A stretch of DNA of 63,942 nucleotides, filler included, from Octopus bimaculoides (Eukaryota): the NCBI RefSeq assembly GCF_001194135.2. It is 5 parts of 5 records of this genome, joined end to end, with 100 filler letters (N's around TTAATTAATTAA, not from the genome) between each part and the next. Parts side by side here need not be neighbours in the genome. Positions count along the whole stretch, not along the records: positions 1 to 16,752 come from NC_068997.1; positions 16,853 to 43,281 come from NC_069006.1; positions 43,382 to 59,076 come from NC_068986.1; 2 more parts are not named here. One strand, 5' to 3'. Positions 13,330 through 45,881 of the stretch are shown in pieces. The notes beneath the pieces were generated by a model that searched no databases, was not told where the DNA came from, and saw nothing but the letters and a program-made list of their open reading frames with translations. The position numbers and the translations under genes were made by a program. Position 1 is the first letter of the stretch. The number at the start of each line of letters is the position of its first letter.

Positions 13330-14670
13330 TTATTTTATCGTCATAATGATAATGAGTACCCCCAACGAAAAACAAAAGGACAAAGATCGTTCTCCAGATA
13401 ATAGGTGTGCCACAAAGGGAGATACTAAATAGGGATAGATGGGACACTCGTCGTGCTTGGCAAAGCCATGGTGAAGACAGTCCATCTAGGAAGTCTGATG
13501 TTCTCCATGTATCCTCCATCAGAAGTTTCAAATACTGAACAAAGAAACATACTGAATCTGGAGAGAAAAGAATTTTAACATAAGACTGAACATAAACAGG
13601 AGCAAACTTGCAAATATATGAAGAAATATTATCAAACGGTATCTGTTGATCAACGTTGAAACTGACCAAATAACAGAAAATGTGAAATCAGAGAAACAAA
13701 CCAGCGAACACAACTCGCAAATTAACAGAAAGAAAAAGAAAAAAAAAACAAAGCCAATGCAGTAAAATCTTTACAGGAAGAAGTAAACAACACGACACAC
13801 AATCAGAAAGAACTTAAATGCATTCCCTGGAGATCAAACCATCACAGATGAACATGCTGATGAGATTACCAACAATTTGTCGGAAATAAATAATGTTGAT
13901 ATCACGACAAGTGATCTGACAGAACACGAAGAACAAATAATTGCTGAATGGATCAAAGTCCAAAATATAGACATGAAAGAACGCAGTGACCTTCCTGAGA
14001 TTCACAATAGCAAAAAGAATGACAAAATAATCTGTCAGGTGAATACGACCTTGAGTCCATTGCAAATGGTAATGAACTAGACATTGCTTCCTCGAATGAG
14101 GTACGCTGTGCTGCTGCTACAGTCTGCGCGAAAATATAAGGAGTAAACCTAAAGAATAAACTGGCAAATAATCCTCATAAAAGACCAACGGGGTTAGAAA
14201 AAAAATTTGGAAACCAGTCGATATAGAAGTGTTGAAAAATTTAAGCAATAATCATAATATGAAACCATCGAAGAAAAGAAAGGTGATGAGGAAATATGAA
14301 TCAAAGTCAGAACACCAATTTGATGAAGTAATGGAGAAGATGAAACAGAAAGGGCAGGCCAAAGCCGCGTGTATTCGCTGCTCCGAAAAAGCGATCCAAG
14401 TTCTTCAAAAATAACAGTATGTTTAAAATTAACCCGAAGAAGTTTTATAGGTATAGTGGAAAGAGTACCAACAAAATTAGAAGCTTCTTTAGAGCATGAA
14501 GTACTTGAGTTCAAGAGTAAAGTTTGGACTGAAGAAAAGGAGCATAAATTTTATGCCCCATGGATGAACAGACAAAAAGGAGATGCTGAGCTTATAGAAG
14601 AAGAAATATGGGAAGAGATCAGTGAGGAAAATGAATATCCAGTAAATGGAAGTCAACTAGTATAGATACG
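13330..14670 (+). mobile_element. R4/Dong-like LINE N-terminal region, degenerate
   Basis: ..MKERSDLPEI.., KMKQKGQAKAACIR.., NSMFKINPKKFYRY resemble the pre-RT region of R4/Dong ORFs. Confidence 0.6.
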
Positions 14671-16138
14671 ATCTCAGTCTATTGGTTTAATGGGTTTACA
14701 AACTCACACAAAAAGCTAATTTGTTTTTACAACGTAATTATGAAAGAACCACAAAACAGCCTCCAATACATCAAAGAGAAATGGGGACAAAACCATTATT
14801 TCTTGGAAAATACCATAGCAGAACCAAGAATCCTGATACAGATGAACCTTTTATCCATTTATAACTGACATGCTCTCATCTCTAATCAAGAGTAGCCCCC
14901 AGCTGACAAAAACACATGTCTGAAAACGTTTGATAGAACTGAGTAAATATAAAGAATCGGATCGACTGACAGCCAAACGTGAGTAGTACCTGTGTTTCAA
15001 AGGACCAGTCTAGTCGCATTCTGTGTCACGCTGAATCGTCCTGAGAACTACGTTAAGTGTACACGTCTCTGTGGAGTGCTTAGTCACGTGCACGTTAATT
15101 TCACGATCAGGCTGTTCCGTTGAATCGGATCAACTGGAAACCCCCATCGCCGTGACAGTCGGAGTGCCAGTAGAAAGTGCCTCACACTTCTTAGAGAACG
15201 ATGTGAGATACTAACTACGGGGCGGTAATGCATTATATTTCCAGGCACATTGTTCAATGCAATCTCCTTGTTTTAAGACACAAGGGCGTGATTTAAGAGA
15301 AATTTAGATGCTCTTTCTACAAAGTAAAATGGCAACACAGAGCCTCTCTCTCTTTCTCTCTTTCCCCTCTCTCTTTTCCCCCCTCTCTCACTCTTGCTCC
15401 TTGTTCACCAGGTTACTATTGTTGTAGTTGTTGTTAGTGTTGCCGCTTTGCGTCAGATCATCTCTGATCCATCATAAAGCCAAGGATCTGCGATGGTGTG
15501 GTTTTGTGGCTGGATCCATTATGTTCTACCGGACTTAGATCGAATTTAAAGAAGAGCAACGAAGTAGTGACGGATAATGTAGAGAGAGAGAGAAGCACAT
15601 TAATCCGCCCATCACAGATATGACACAGAGGCAATGTGAAGGAAAAGACAAGGTGAGCAGGAAAGATAAGGGTGAACAAGAAAGAAAATTTATCCTCGGC
15701 AACAGGTGGGAAAATGATAGATGATGCTTGGTTAAGGTTGATTGCAGCTACCACACGGACGGTATTTAAGATCGCACGAATGGACAGAGAGAGATGTAGC
15801 GACTGAAGAATTTTGATTTAGTTTGAGCTAAACATGGATGGACATTCATTGGCGGGATTCATTAGTATGGAAGGAACAACAAAAGAGTGAAAATGTTTGA
15901 AGGAGGTACTGGAATCCTTGTGATCCCTACCGAATAACTCACGAAGGCATTAATACCTTTCGAAGTCACAGTCAAACACCTACTTTAAAAATTAACAACA
16001 TATACACTACTAAAAACTATTTAGCGATCGTTCTATTTGTTATTAAACTTTGGTACATTAAGCTTCTTACAAAAAAAAACAAACGATACATATATACATA
16101 CGCATGCGCACGTGCGTATGCATGTATGTATATATATA

Positions 16139-16752
16139 TATACTAGCAGTATAGCCCGGCGCTGCTCGGGATTAAGCTAGGATTATTAAGTGATCAAGTG
16201 CTTTATTTCAAACCAAAATAAGTAACACGGACATCAGATTTGAGCGAAATCCGTTGAAATTGGTTTGGCTGAAAATGGTTTGCTAGCAATTTAATTGGGA
16301 AATCCCATAAGGAATCAGTTTATTGGTTATTTCCACTCATTGACTGTTTTTTTTTTTAAGTTGCATTAGAGATCTGCATAGGAAAAGGTTGATCTGAAGG
16401 TTTGCATTGGGGATGTGAATTGGAGTAACTTAGGAAAACTTACCAACAGCCTTAACCAAAAAATAAGGGGCCTGTCCCTTCTAGGTTAACTCTAACCCTA
16501 ACCCTAACCCTAACCCTGACCCTAAAACCGTAACCCTAAAACCAACCCTAATCGTAATCCTAACACTAACCCTAATCCTAACCGTAAAACTCTAACCCTA
16601 ACCCTAAAACCCTAACCGTAACACCCTAGTGGAAATCGTGCGGTTGTTAATCTGAAACATTACAAAACCCTTTTTGTGGTCCGAAAAACGGGTTGGAGGC
16701 GGTGACTGACAAATTGTTACATACGTTTTTGTTTCATAGTTGTGAAATATAA
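16139..16752 (+). mobile_element. Helitron-like non-autonomous element with telomere-type repeats, truncated by a scaffold join
   Basis: Starts after (TA)n with TACTAG and a short hairpin CCCGGCGCTGCTCGGG; degenerate (CCCTAA)n at 16488-16629. Confidence 0.45.
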
Positions 16753-16852
16753 NNNNNNNNNNNNNNNNNNNNNNNNNNNNNNNNNNNNNNNNNNNNTTAA
16801 TTAATTAANNNNNNNNNNNNNNNNNNNNNNNNNNNNNNNNNNNNNNNNNNNN
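16753..16852. other. Artificial scaffold-join spacer (also 43282-43381, 59077-59176, 62743-62842)
   Basis: Exactly 44 N + TTAATTAATTAA (stops in six frames) + 44 N, four times. Confidence 0.97.
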
Positions 16853-17013
16853 ATTGACTTTAACTTCGGTTTTTAACATTTAATATAATTTTTTCTTCTT
16901 TATTCATGTCTAGATTAACGTTAGTTCAGTTTAATTTCTCTTTTAAATTTGTCTCTCAGTTACTCACTCACTCACTCATTCTTTTTATTTCATTTTTTCT
17001 CTCACATCTCCAG

Positions 17014-37055
<20,042 letters not shown>

Positions 37056-37174
37056 GAAACAGACACAATCCCAAAACATAAACACGACCTTGCAAGCAGA
37101 GAGACATATGTTCATACATCATATATATGCATATATATATATATGTGTGTATACAGACACACACACTTATAGTA

Positions 37175-37180
37175 AATAAA
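37175..37180 (+). promoter_or_regulatory. Candidate PIK3CA polyadenylation signal (alternatives at 37951 and 38031)
   Basis: First AATAAA after the stop codon; usage cannot be determined from sequence. Confidence 0.3.
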
Positions 37181-38244
37181 CATATGCTGAAAATGCATGT
37201 ATGTGTGTGCGTGCGTGCATGTGTGTGTGTGTGTGTACATATATGTATGATTGCTGTGTGTAATATAAATTACACGTGTGTGTTGTGTATGTGTGTGAAT
37301 ATATATATGTATATATGCACACACACACAGACATATATAAACATACACACACGCACACACATCCTGATAACTTCCCTTTCTCTTTGGTTTGTCACGTTTT
37401 TTCTCAACATTTTAATTTTTTTTTTTTGTTCCTTAACTTATCCCACCCAAGTGCTCCAAGATATCCTCTTTAATTGCACCAGGACACCATCATTATAATC
37501 ATTATCATTGTCACCTACACCACCACCATTGTCTGACAGACTCTTGTCACTTGCCACCACCTTTTTTCTCTCTACCCCACCCCCACCCATTCTATCCGTC
37601 TCTGACTTCTTCCATCTAACCATCTTCATTGTTCATTCACCTTGTCATCTTCACTCTCTTGTACTTTCCTTCTATCTTCTCTGAATACTTCTGAAAGGGA
37701 AGCAAAATATTCACACCCACATGTGCGTGTGTATGTGGGTATGTGTGTGTGTATGTATACCTACATGCATACATATATATATATATATATATATGATATA
37801 TATATATATATAAAACAAACAAAAATGTTACATGACAATGAAAAAATTTTAAAAAACAACAAAAAATATTGCCCCCATCCCCATTCCCTTGAGTGATGCC
37901 AAATAGGCTGTCTTAGTCTGGCTTTCTTGCTCTTATTATATATATTCTGAAATAAATAACCCATCCCTCAAAAAATGTATATATATATATACATATACAT
38001 ATATATATATAAATATTATGAAAAACATTGAATAAAACAATGTCTGTATCTATTGATCTTTGTCTGTGTCTGTTTTTGTGAATCTGAATATGTGTGATGA
38101 AAGATAAATATGAACCGAGAAAAATAACAAAGTGACCAGTAAACATGAATTTGGGTAGCAGAGATGATGAAAGCGATACTCGTTCATCTTCAAGATAAGG
38201 TAAACAAATGATTAGTGGTGCCTACTACTAATTCTGAATAAGAT

Positions 38245-38649
38245 ACTTTTTTACTCTTTTACTTGTTTCAGTCATTTGACTGCGGCCATGCTGGAGCACC
38301 GCTTTTAGTCGAGCTAATCGACCCCAGGACTTATTCTTTGGAAGCCTAGTACTTATTCTATCGATCTCTTTTTGCCGAACCGCTAGGTTACAGGGGCATA
38401 AACACACCAGCATCAGTTGTCAAGCGATGTTGGGGGGACAAACACAAGCACACATACATATATATATATATATATATACATATACGACAGGTTTCTTTCA
38501 GTTTCCATCTACCAAATCCACTCACAAGGCTTTGGTCGGCCCGAGGCTATAGTAGAAGACACTTGCCCAAGGTGCCACACAGTGGGACTGAACCCGGAAC
38601 TATGTGGTTGGTAAGCAAGCTACTTACCACACGGCCACTCCTGCGCCTA
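38245..38649 (-). mobile_element. tRNA-derived SINE family A, full length
   Basis: A box TGGCCGTGTGG, B box GGTTCAGTCCC, (TA)n middle, tail (GAGTAAAA)n. Confidence 0.85.
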
Positions 38650-39594
38650 ATCTTAAAAAAAAGATTTTTTTTTTGTTAGAGCAAGAGGACAATCTTGTGT
38701 GTGTGTATCATCATTATTCGCTTTACATGTTGGAATGGGTTGGACAGTTAGATAATCTCGTGGTTGTGAGCATAAGACTTAAACCACTGTACCTTTAACG
38801 TAATATACAGGCAGCAGCTTCAAGAGTGATACAATCTGTTTAAAGAGTGGTCCTTTGAATTACAGTTACAAAACTACCCAAGCGACTTCATAGTTTCCAT
38901 CCATCTAATTTCACTCCCAAGGTGTGGGTCAACTGGTAGCTATGGAGGTGAAGCTGGTATATATATATACTTGGCTGAGGTATTTGACCTCATGATTGCT
39001 GATGCACGTGACCTTCTTAATTTTTTAGCCATATTTGACCCTTGCTATAAATAGAACAATGAGTAAAGATAAATTGTTAGAAAGGAAAGATGAATAACCA
39101 CAGAGGGAGAGGGAGAAGGAGAAAGAGAGAAAGACAGGGCGAAAAAGACAAGGATGGAAAGAAATAGAAAGAAGGAGAGAGAATTGCAAAGAAGAAGAAA
39201 GGAGAGGAAACGAGAGAAGAATCTAGATCTAGATGATGATTCCATTATTCAGTATTTAGTTCTTCTTCTACATCTGAGGACACAGACACATGCAATCACA
39301 AGACAAACGACATGCTTGACATATCCACAAAAAACTAGGGAAAGCTCAAGTGTTATATATATATATTCCACTTTTTCACCCTTACTTGTTTTGTTTAATA
39401 TCCTGTTTGAGAGCTCTGGTTTACCGGAACTGGTCGGATGCTTTCCATTCTTTTACTTACTTCCCCCCATGGTTGTTGAACTCTTATTTTCTTCCCTGTC
39501 AGATCTTTAAAATATTATTATAATTTTTATAAAGATAGTAAGCTGGCAGATTTGTCACGATGCCAGACAAAATGCTTAGCAGCACTTTTTCTAG

Positions 39595-40006
39595 CTCTTT
39601 TACTCTTTTACTTGTTTCAGTCATTTGACTGCGGCCATGCTGGAGCACCGCCTTTAGTCGAGCAAATCGACCCCAGGACTTATTCTTTGGATACCTAGTA
39701 CTTATTCTATCGGTCTCTTTTGCCGAACCGCTAAGATACGGGGATGTAAATACACCACCATCGGTTGTTATGTGATGTTGGTGGGACAAACACAGACACA
39801 CAAACATATACACACACATACATATATATATATACATATACGACGGGCTTCTTCCAGTTTCCATCTACCAAATCCACTCACAAGGCTTTGGTCGGCCCGA
39901 GGCTATAGTAGAAGACACTTGCCCAAGGTGCCACGCAGTGGGACTGAACCCGGGACCATGTGGTTGGTAAGCAAGCTACTTATCACACAGCCACTCCTGT
40001 GCCTAT
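39595..40006 (-). mobile_element. SINE family A, full length
   Basis: Highly similar to 38245-38649. Confidence 0.85.
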
Positions 40007-40703
40007 GTTGTTTACTCTTTTGTGAGTAAATTAGTGGACAATTGTTTCATTCTAAAATCAACTTTGTCATCCATCAGAGGCACCAACATAAATGACAAAT
40101 TACAGAAGAAATCAATACTCAGAAACAAGGAATCAGTCCATTGTATCAATTAGTCAGGTAGAGATCTATTATGTAAAAAATTAAAGAGAACTTATTTGTA
40201 CACTATTTTGTAGTAGTAGTAGTCTCTTTTGTCTGAACTGTGCGCGTGTGCATGTGTACATGACCAAGTGAGTGGGGAGGCAAAAAATGAAGAGTAGGTT
40301 AAAAATTGAAATGTGGTGAGGATAAAAAGGAAATCATATCAGAGACATGACATGGAGTAGGGGTGGTGGGGGAAATTGAAGGATTGGTCGTGGGAACTGT
40401 GATGTTTAGATGTTTGCTGTGAGGCAATGTATTTTGTTTATTGTAATGTTGTAAGTGGAGAGATAGAGAGAGAGAGGTGGGGGGGGACTAGATCACATAT
40501 TGCAATGTGTGATCTTTATCCAAAATAGACAAATAAATTTGGATGATATGTCATTAATTTGGGCGTTTGGAAAAAAAGTTTCTGATGCTGAGGTTTTTTT
40601 AGAAGAAACCTTTTGGGAAATCAGTATCAGAAATTATATTCATTTGAAAATTGAGCCAGAATTCATTATACTTCTGTGTTATCTGTTTTATGTTTTTAAT
40701 GTA

Positions 40704-41108
40704 TAGGCGCAGGAATAGCTGTGTGGTATGTAGCTTGCTTACCAACCACATGGTTCTGGGTTCAGTCCCACTGTGTGGCACCTTGGGCAAGTGTCTCCTA
40801 CTATAACCTCGGGCCGACCAAACCCTTGTGAGTGGATTTGGTAGACGGAAACTGAAAGAAGCCTGTCGTATATATGTATATGTATTTATATATGTGTATG
40901 TGTTTGTGTGTTTGTCCCCCCCAACATCACTTGACAACCGATGCTGGTGTGTTTACGTCCCCGTAACTTAGTGGTTCGGCAAAAGAGACCGATAGATTAA
41001 GTACTAGGCTTACAAAGAATAAGTCCTGGGATCGATTTGCTCGACTAAAGGCAGTGCTCCAGTATGGCCGCAGTCAAATGACTAAAACAAATAAAAGAGT
41101 AAAAGAGT
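40704..41108 (+). mobile_element. SINE family A, full length
   Basis: Reverse complement of the 39595 copy; partial copies at about 3445-3630, 8428-8790, 12440-12625, 18430-18770, 27518-27625, 41692-41900. Confidence 0.85.
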
Positions 41109-41217
41109 ATTGCAATTAGATTGATATCATTACTGCATTACATTATGGTTCATATGACTATATTATTATTTCATTTAAATTATCATTACTATATTGTTTT
41201 AAGATCTATATTATTAG

Positions 41218-41660
41218 ATTGAGGGTTGGCTGAAAAGTTCATATGAGGATCAAGATACTCTCATGGAATGTGACCAAATGAGACTTATTTTTCAACATAG
41301 TCCTCCTTGCGGTCCACACACTTCTTCCATCAGTGCTGCAATGCTTGGATCTCATTAAGAAAAAAAGTCAACAACAGATATGATGTCATCATCACTGCTA
41401 TAGCCAAGTGTTTTTTCCTGTTGGGGAACAGATAATAGTCAGCCGGAGCCAGATCAAGTGGATAGGGACGGTAATCAACCAGTTCAAAGCAAGTCACACA
41501 CAGCGGCCATTGAAGCGAAGGATTTGTAGGCTGAAGCATTGTCCTGATGAAACAAGACCGCTTTTGTCAGTTTTCCTAAGTGTTGATAGCATTTTCTAAC
41601 TGCCTCAGCAAGTTGGCAACAGTACTCTCCATTGATAGTGTGATCCTATCTCATATTTTT
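41218..41660 (-). pseudogene. Mariner transposase C-terminal fragment with TIR
   Basis: FELVDYRPYPLDLAPADYYLFPNRKKHLA; GAGGGTTGGCTGAAAAGTTC terminus. Confidence 0.75.
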
Positions 41661-41974
41661 GTGATTAAAGTTTTTTTCATCTTCTCCTCTTACTCTACTC
41701 TTTACTCTTTTACTTGTTTCAGTCATTTGACTGCGGCCATGCTGGAGCACCGCCTTCAGTCGAATCAAATCGACCCCAGGACTTATTCTTTGGAAGCCGA
41801 GTACTTATTCTATCGGTCTCTTTTTGCCGAACCGCTAAGTTACGGAGACCTAAACACACCAGCATTGGTTGTCAAGCAATGTTGCGGGGACAAACAATAT
41901 ACAACATATGCTGGCAGTGTGCTAGCAATCATGGTTATAGAGCTGATTGTAGTGTTATTATTAATATAGTTGTT

Positions 41975-42190
41975 TAAGGTAGCAAGCTGGCAGAATCGTT
42001 AGCATGCTGGGCAATATGCTTAGCAGCATTTCATCCATCCTTACGTTCTGAGTTCAAATTCCACCCAAGTCAACTTTGCCTTTCATCCTTATGGGGTCGA
42101 TAAAATAAGTATCAAGAGAGCACTTGGGTTGTTTTACACCCCACCCCGTTCCCTCGAAATTGCTGGCCTTGTGCCAAAATTTGAAACCAT
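41975..42190 (+). mobile_element. SINE family B
   Basis: Conserved core TTTGCCTTTCATCC..GGTCGATAAAATAAGTA; other copies at about 13040-13195 -, 13255-13340 -, 19050-19310 +, 26200-26370 +, 27920-28140 +, 28430-28625 +, 31710-31920 -. Confidence 0.8.
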
Positions 42191-43089
42191 TGTTATTGTT
42201 CTTGTTGGTTGTGTTGGTGTGTTAGGAACAGTGGTGATGATGACATGATGATAATGGTAAAGGAGTTGGGGAGAGAGGGTAGTGGTGATGACAATAGTGT
42301 TGGTTGTGTGGTAGTGCGATACATAATACTGCTTTTGTTGTTGTTGCTGTTGTCGTTATGGTGGAGGTCCTCACACTGGAGTGAGTGTATTGTTAAGAAT
42401 CAGAGTGGCGATGGTGACAGCAGAAGCTGTACAAGTGAGTTCATGTGAAGTCAGTCATGAGTCAGTCTCATACACCTGATACAAACCCTGCCCCTTGATA
42501 GTGGGGGTAGGGATAAGTAACAACCCACTGTCTCTGCATCTGTCCATCTCCACCACCTCAGACATCAAACATTTACGTCCATTCTCATCTCTCTCTCTCT
42601 CTCTCTCTCTGAGTCATGATCCCTACTAAGGGACACTAGAATCCAACAAGAGGAGAAGCGGGAGAGAAGAAAACAAAGGGAATTGATTTGTCATCAAAAC
42701 GTGTGGGAAATGTTTTGATTACTACTACTACTATTATTGCTACAACTATTACTATCATTGCCACCAGTACCAGCATCGCTGCTGCTGCTGCTTTTGTTCC
42801 ATTCTCAGGTGTCTGCTAATTTATTTTAAACATTATCCCTAGGCAGATTGATAAATCTAAGTTATTTCCCTTTATATAGACAATAGACAGTAAGACTTCA
42901 TCCTTAAAATAGACTTTCTTAACTTCTTATCTGTATTTCTTCCCTTTACTAGTCCACCATCCTGATTCCTACCTCCTGCCACATACAGGGATTGGACAAA
43001 ATAATGGAAACACCTTAAAATTTCAAACAAATTTATTTTAATATGGGGTAGGACAGTGTAGGAGAGAGAATAGTGATGTTGTAGGAGAG

Positions 43090-43281
43090 AAATGTGTTCG
43101 CATGGATGATGGTACGCTTGCACTAAATGAGGATGCAAAGAAAGAGGTCTGGAGATGCCACTACGATAGATTGCTTAATAAAGAGAATGAATGGGAGGAA
43201 GAGAGCCTGCCGTATGTTGACCCAATAGAGGGACCAGCTATCCGAGTTGATAGTACCAGGGTAGATAAAGCACTTAAGAGT
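43090..43281 (+). mobile_element. RTE LINE ORF fragment (EN-RT linker)
   Basis: MDDGTLALNEDAKKEVWRCHYDRLLNKENEWEEESLPYVDPIEGPAI. Confidence 0.75.
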
Positions 43282-43469
43282 NNNNNNNNNNNNNNNNNNN
43301 NNNNNNNNNNNNNNNNNNNNNNNNNTTAATTAATTAANNNNNNNNNNNNNNNNNNNNNNNNNNNNNNNNNNNNNNNNNNNNTGTGTGTGTGTGTGTGTGT
43401 GTGTAAATATATAAAAATAAAAAGATAAAGAAAGCAATGGTAAGGTTGGAGAAGTATTTTATGGATAGA

Positions 43470-43518
43470 GTCTGACAGCTGTTTCTGGGAAGATCCAGTA
43501 CTTCCATTCATCGGAGAC
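43470..43518 (-). ncRNA. Minimal type I hammerhead ribozyme motif, family B (U4C variant)
   Basis: Minus strand GTCT-CCGATGA-A-TGGAAG(tactggat)CTTCC-C-A-GAA-ACAGCTGT-C^AGAC; GUC site, stem I GTCT/AGAC, palindromic stem III. Confidence 0.75.
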
Positions 43519-44056
43519 AGAAAAAATAAAGTAATCTATTATTATATCTCGTTGCTGACACGTGATGAAAGGGATTCTCTCTTTCTATCCGCTACCTTCC
43601 TATAGAGAAAACGTGTTTTTTCTGTCTTTTCACATCTAACTAATGTTCATAATAATTTTTCTTTCGTCTTGGCTTAACAGCCCTTACCGTTTGTTCTTAC
43701 TGTCTTGTTTTTAATGTCCTGTTCTTGTTAACACTTTCACCCTCTGCAAAAAATTCCAAATTTTATTTAATTTGCTTTGCGGGAAGGAGTTCCAATGAAG
43801 TCGTGCATTGTCCTTGCTTCAGAATACGGAGTAGATGGAACAGAGGCAACTGACGAAGGGTTATACTCTTTATGTTGCATGTCTTGTTTCTCTGTTTGTT
43901 TTTTTCGTTATTCGCAAAAAATCATTTTCTGTTTCTGTTTTTATGTTTTCGTTTCTCATTGTGTTTAATTTTGTTGTGATGTCCTGTACCCATATATGCA
44001 TACATATAGATGTAGGTATGTACATATATGTATGGATATATGCATATATTTATATA

Positions 44057-44090
<34 letters not shown>

Positions 44091-44735
44091 NNNNNNNNNN
44101 NNNNNNNNNNNNNNNNNNNNNNNNNNNNNNNNNNNNNNNNNNNNNNNNNNNNNNNNNNNNNNNNNNNNNNNNNNNNNNNNNNNNNNNNNNNNNNNNNNNN
44201 NNNNNNNNNNNNNNNNNNNNNNNNNNNNNNNNNNNNNNNNNNNNNNNNNNNNNNNNNNNNNNNNNNNNNNNNNNNNNNNNNNNNNNNNNNNNNNNNNNNN
44301 NNNNNNNNNNNNNNNNNNNNNNNNNNNNNNNNNNNNNNNNNNNNNNNNNNNNNNNNNNNNNNNNNNNNNNNNNNNNNNNNNNNNNNNNNNNNNNNNNNNN
44401 NNNNNNNNNNNNNNNNNNNNNNNNNNNNNNNNNNNNNNNNNNNNNNNNNNNNNNNNNNNNNNNNNNNNNNNNNNNNNNNNNNNNNNNNNNNNNNNNNNNN
44501 NNNNNNNNNNNNNNNNNNNNNNNNNNNNNNNNNNNNNNNNNNNNNNNNNNNNNNNNNNNNNNNNNNNNNNNNNNNNNNNNNNNNNNNNNNNNNNNNNNNN
44601 NNNNNNNNNNNNNNNNNNNNNNNNNNNNNNNNNNNNNNNNNNNNNNNNNNNNNNNNNNNNNNNNNNNNNNNNNNNNNNNNNNNNNNNNNNNNNNNNNNNN
44701 NNNNNNNNNNNNNNNNNNNATTAAGTATTATTACT

Positions 44736-44795
<60 letters not shown>

Positions 44796-45881
44796 GCCAG
44801 CAAGTTTAACCTATATAGGTAAAATATACAAATAAATAGAGTAGGTACTTTTTAGTAAGTGGTATTCTGGTACTCAGTGGCAGCTCATAGATAAGTGGCT
44901 GCTTCAGAAAATTTTTAGCCACTGTTTTAATATTGTGTAAAAGGAAGCAAACATAGAAAATGAAAATTTATGCATAAGCCTGATTGGTTCACGTTTTAGC
45001 CACTGCCAGGTAGTGTATTTAATTTATTCACTGAACACCGCTGTTTTTCAAAAATCCCCTCTAAATCACAAAATATGTGGGGGCAAAATGTGCCCTGTTT
45101 TTCAAATCCTGGCAGCAACACTGAAACTGGAAGCAGGATAATAATCTAACTCTACGCTTTATCACATTTAAGAATATAAAGAAGTTTTTAAGCACAACAT
45201 ACGCGGAGTCAAAAAGAAACACTACCTTTCACCGGAGCACCAGGCTAAGAACTGTCATTCACACAGTGCTCTTTCTCTCTAGCATGAAGCTTCCTATTTC
45301 GAACATGTGAGCATGCACACAACAGCTAAACACCACATTCCTGGAACTGGTTATATAAAGAAAGATTTAAAGAAAAAGGACTCGTTATATTGAATGTTAT
45401 CGATAATATCAAGTGGAAATAGGGGGTGTTGCAGTTCTGCAGTACCTATACACAAGCCACCACTGTTGGTATCCTACTTTATTTATGTATATATATAATA
45501 ATATATATGAGTGGTTGGCGTTAGTAAGGGCATCCAGCTGTAAAAACATTGTCAGATCAGACTGGAGCCTGGTGCGGACTCCTGGCTTGCCAGTCCCCAG
45601 TCAAACTGTCCAACCCATGGAAAAGGGACATTAAATGATGATGACGATGATGATGAATATATATATATAATAATATATATATATGATAATAATCCTCTAT
45701 TTATCTAATATCGCGGTTTCATTCTTTTGTTGTCACTTTTTATAATAATAATAATAATAATAATAATTATTATTATTATTANNNNNNNNNNNNNNNNNNN
45801 NNNNNNNNNNNNNNNNNNNNNNNNNNNNNNNNNNNNNNNNNNNNNNNNNNNNNNNNNNNNNNNNNNNNNNNNNNNNNNNNN

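Noticed and set aside
16488-16629. True chromosome end
   Set aside because: Degenerate, short, wrong orientation and flanked by non-telomeric sequence.
16797-16808. TTAATTAATTAA palindrome recurring four times
   Set aside because: Always centred in 44 N + 44 N; an artificial six-frame-stop join spacer.
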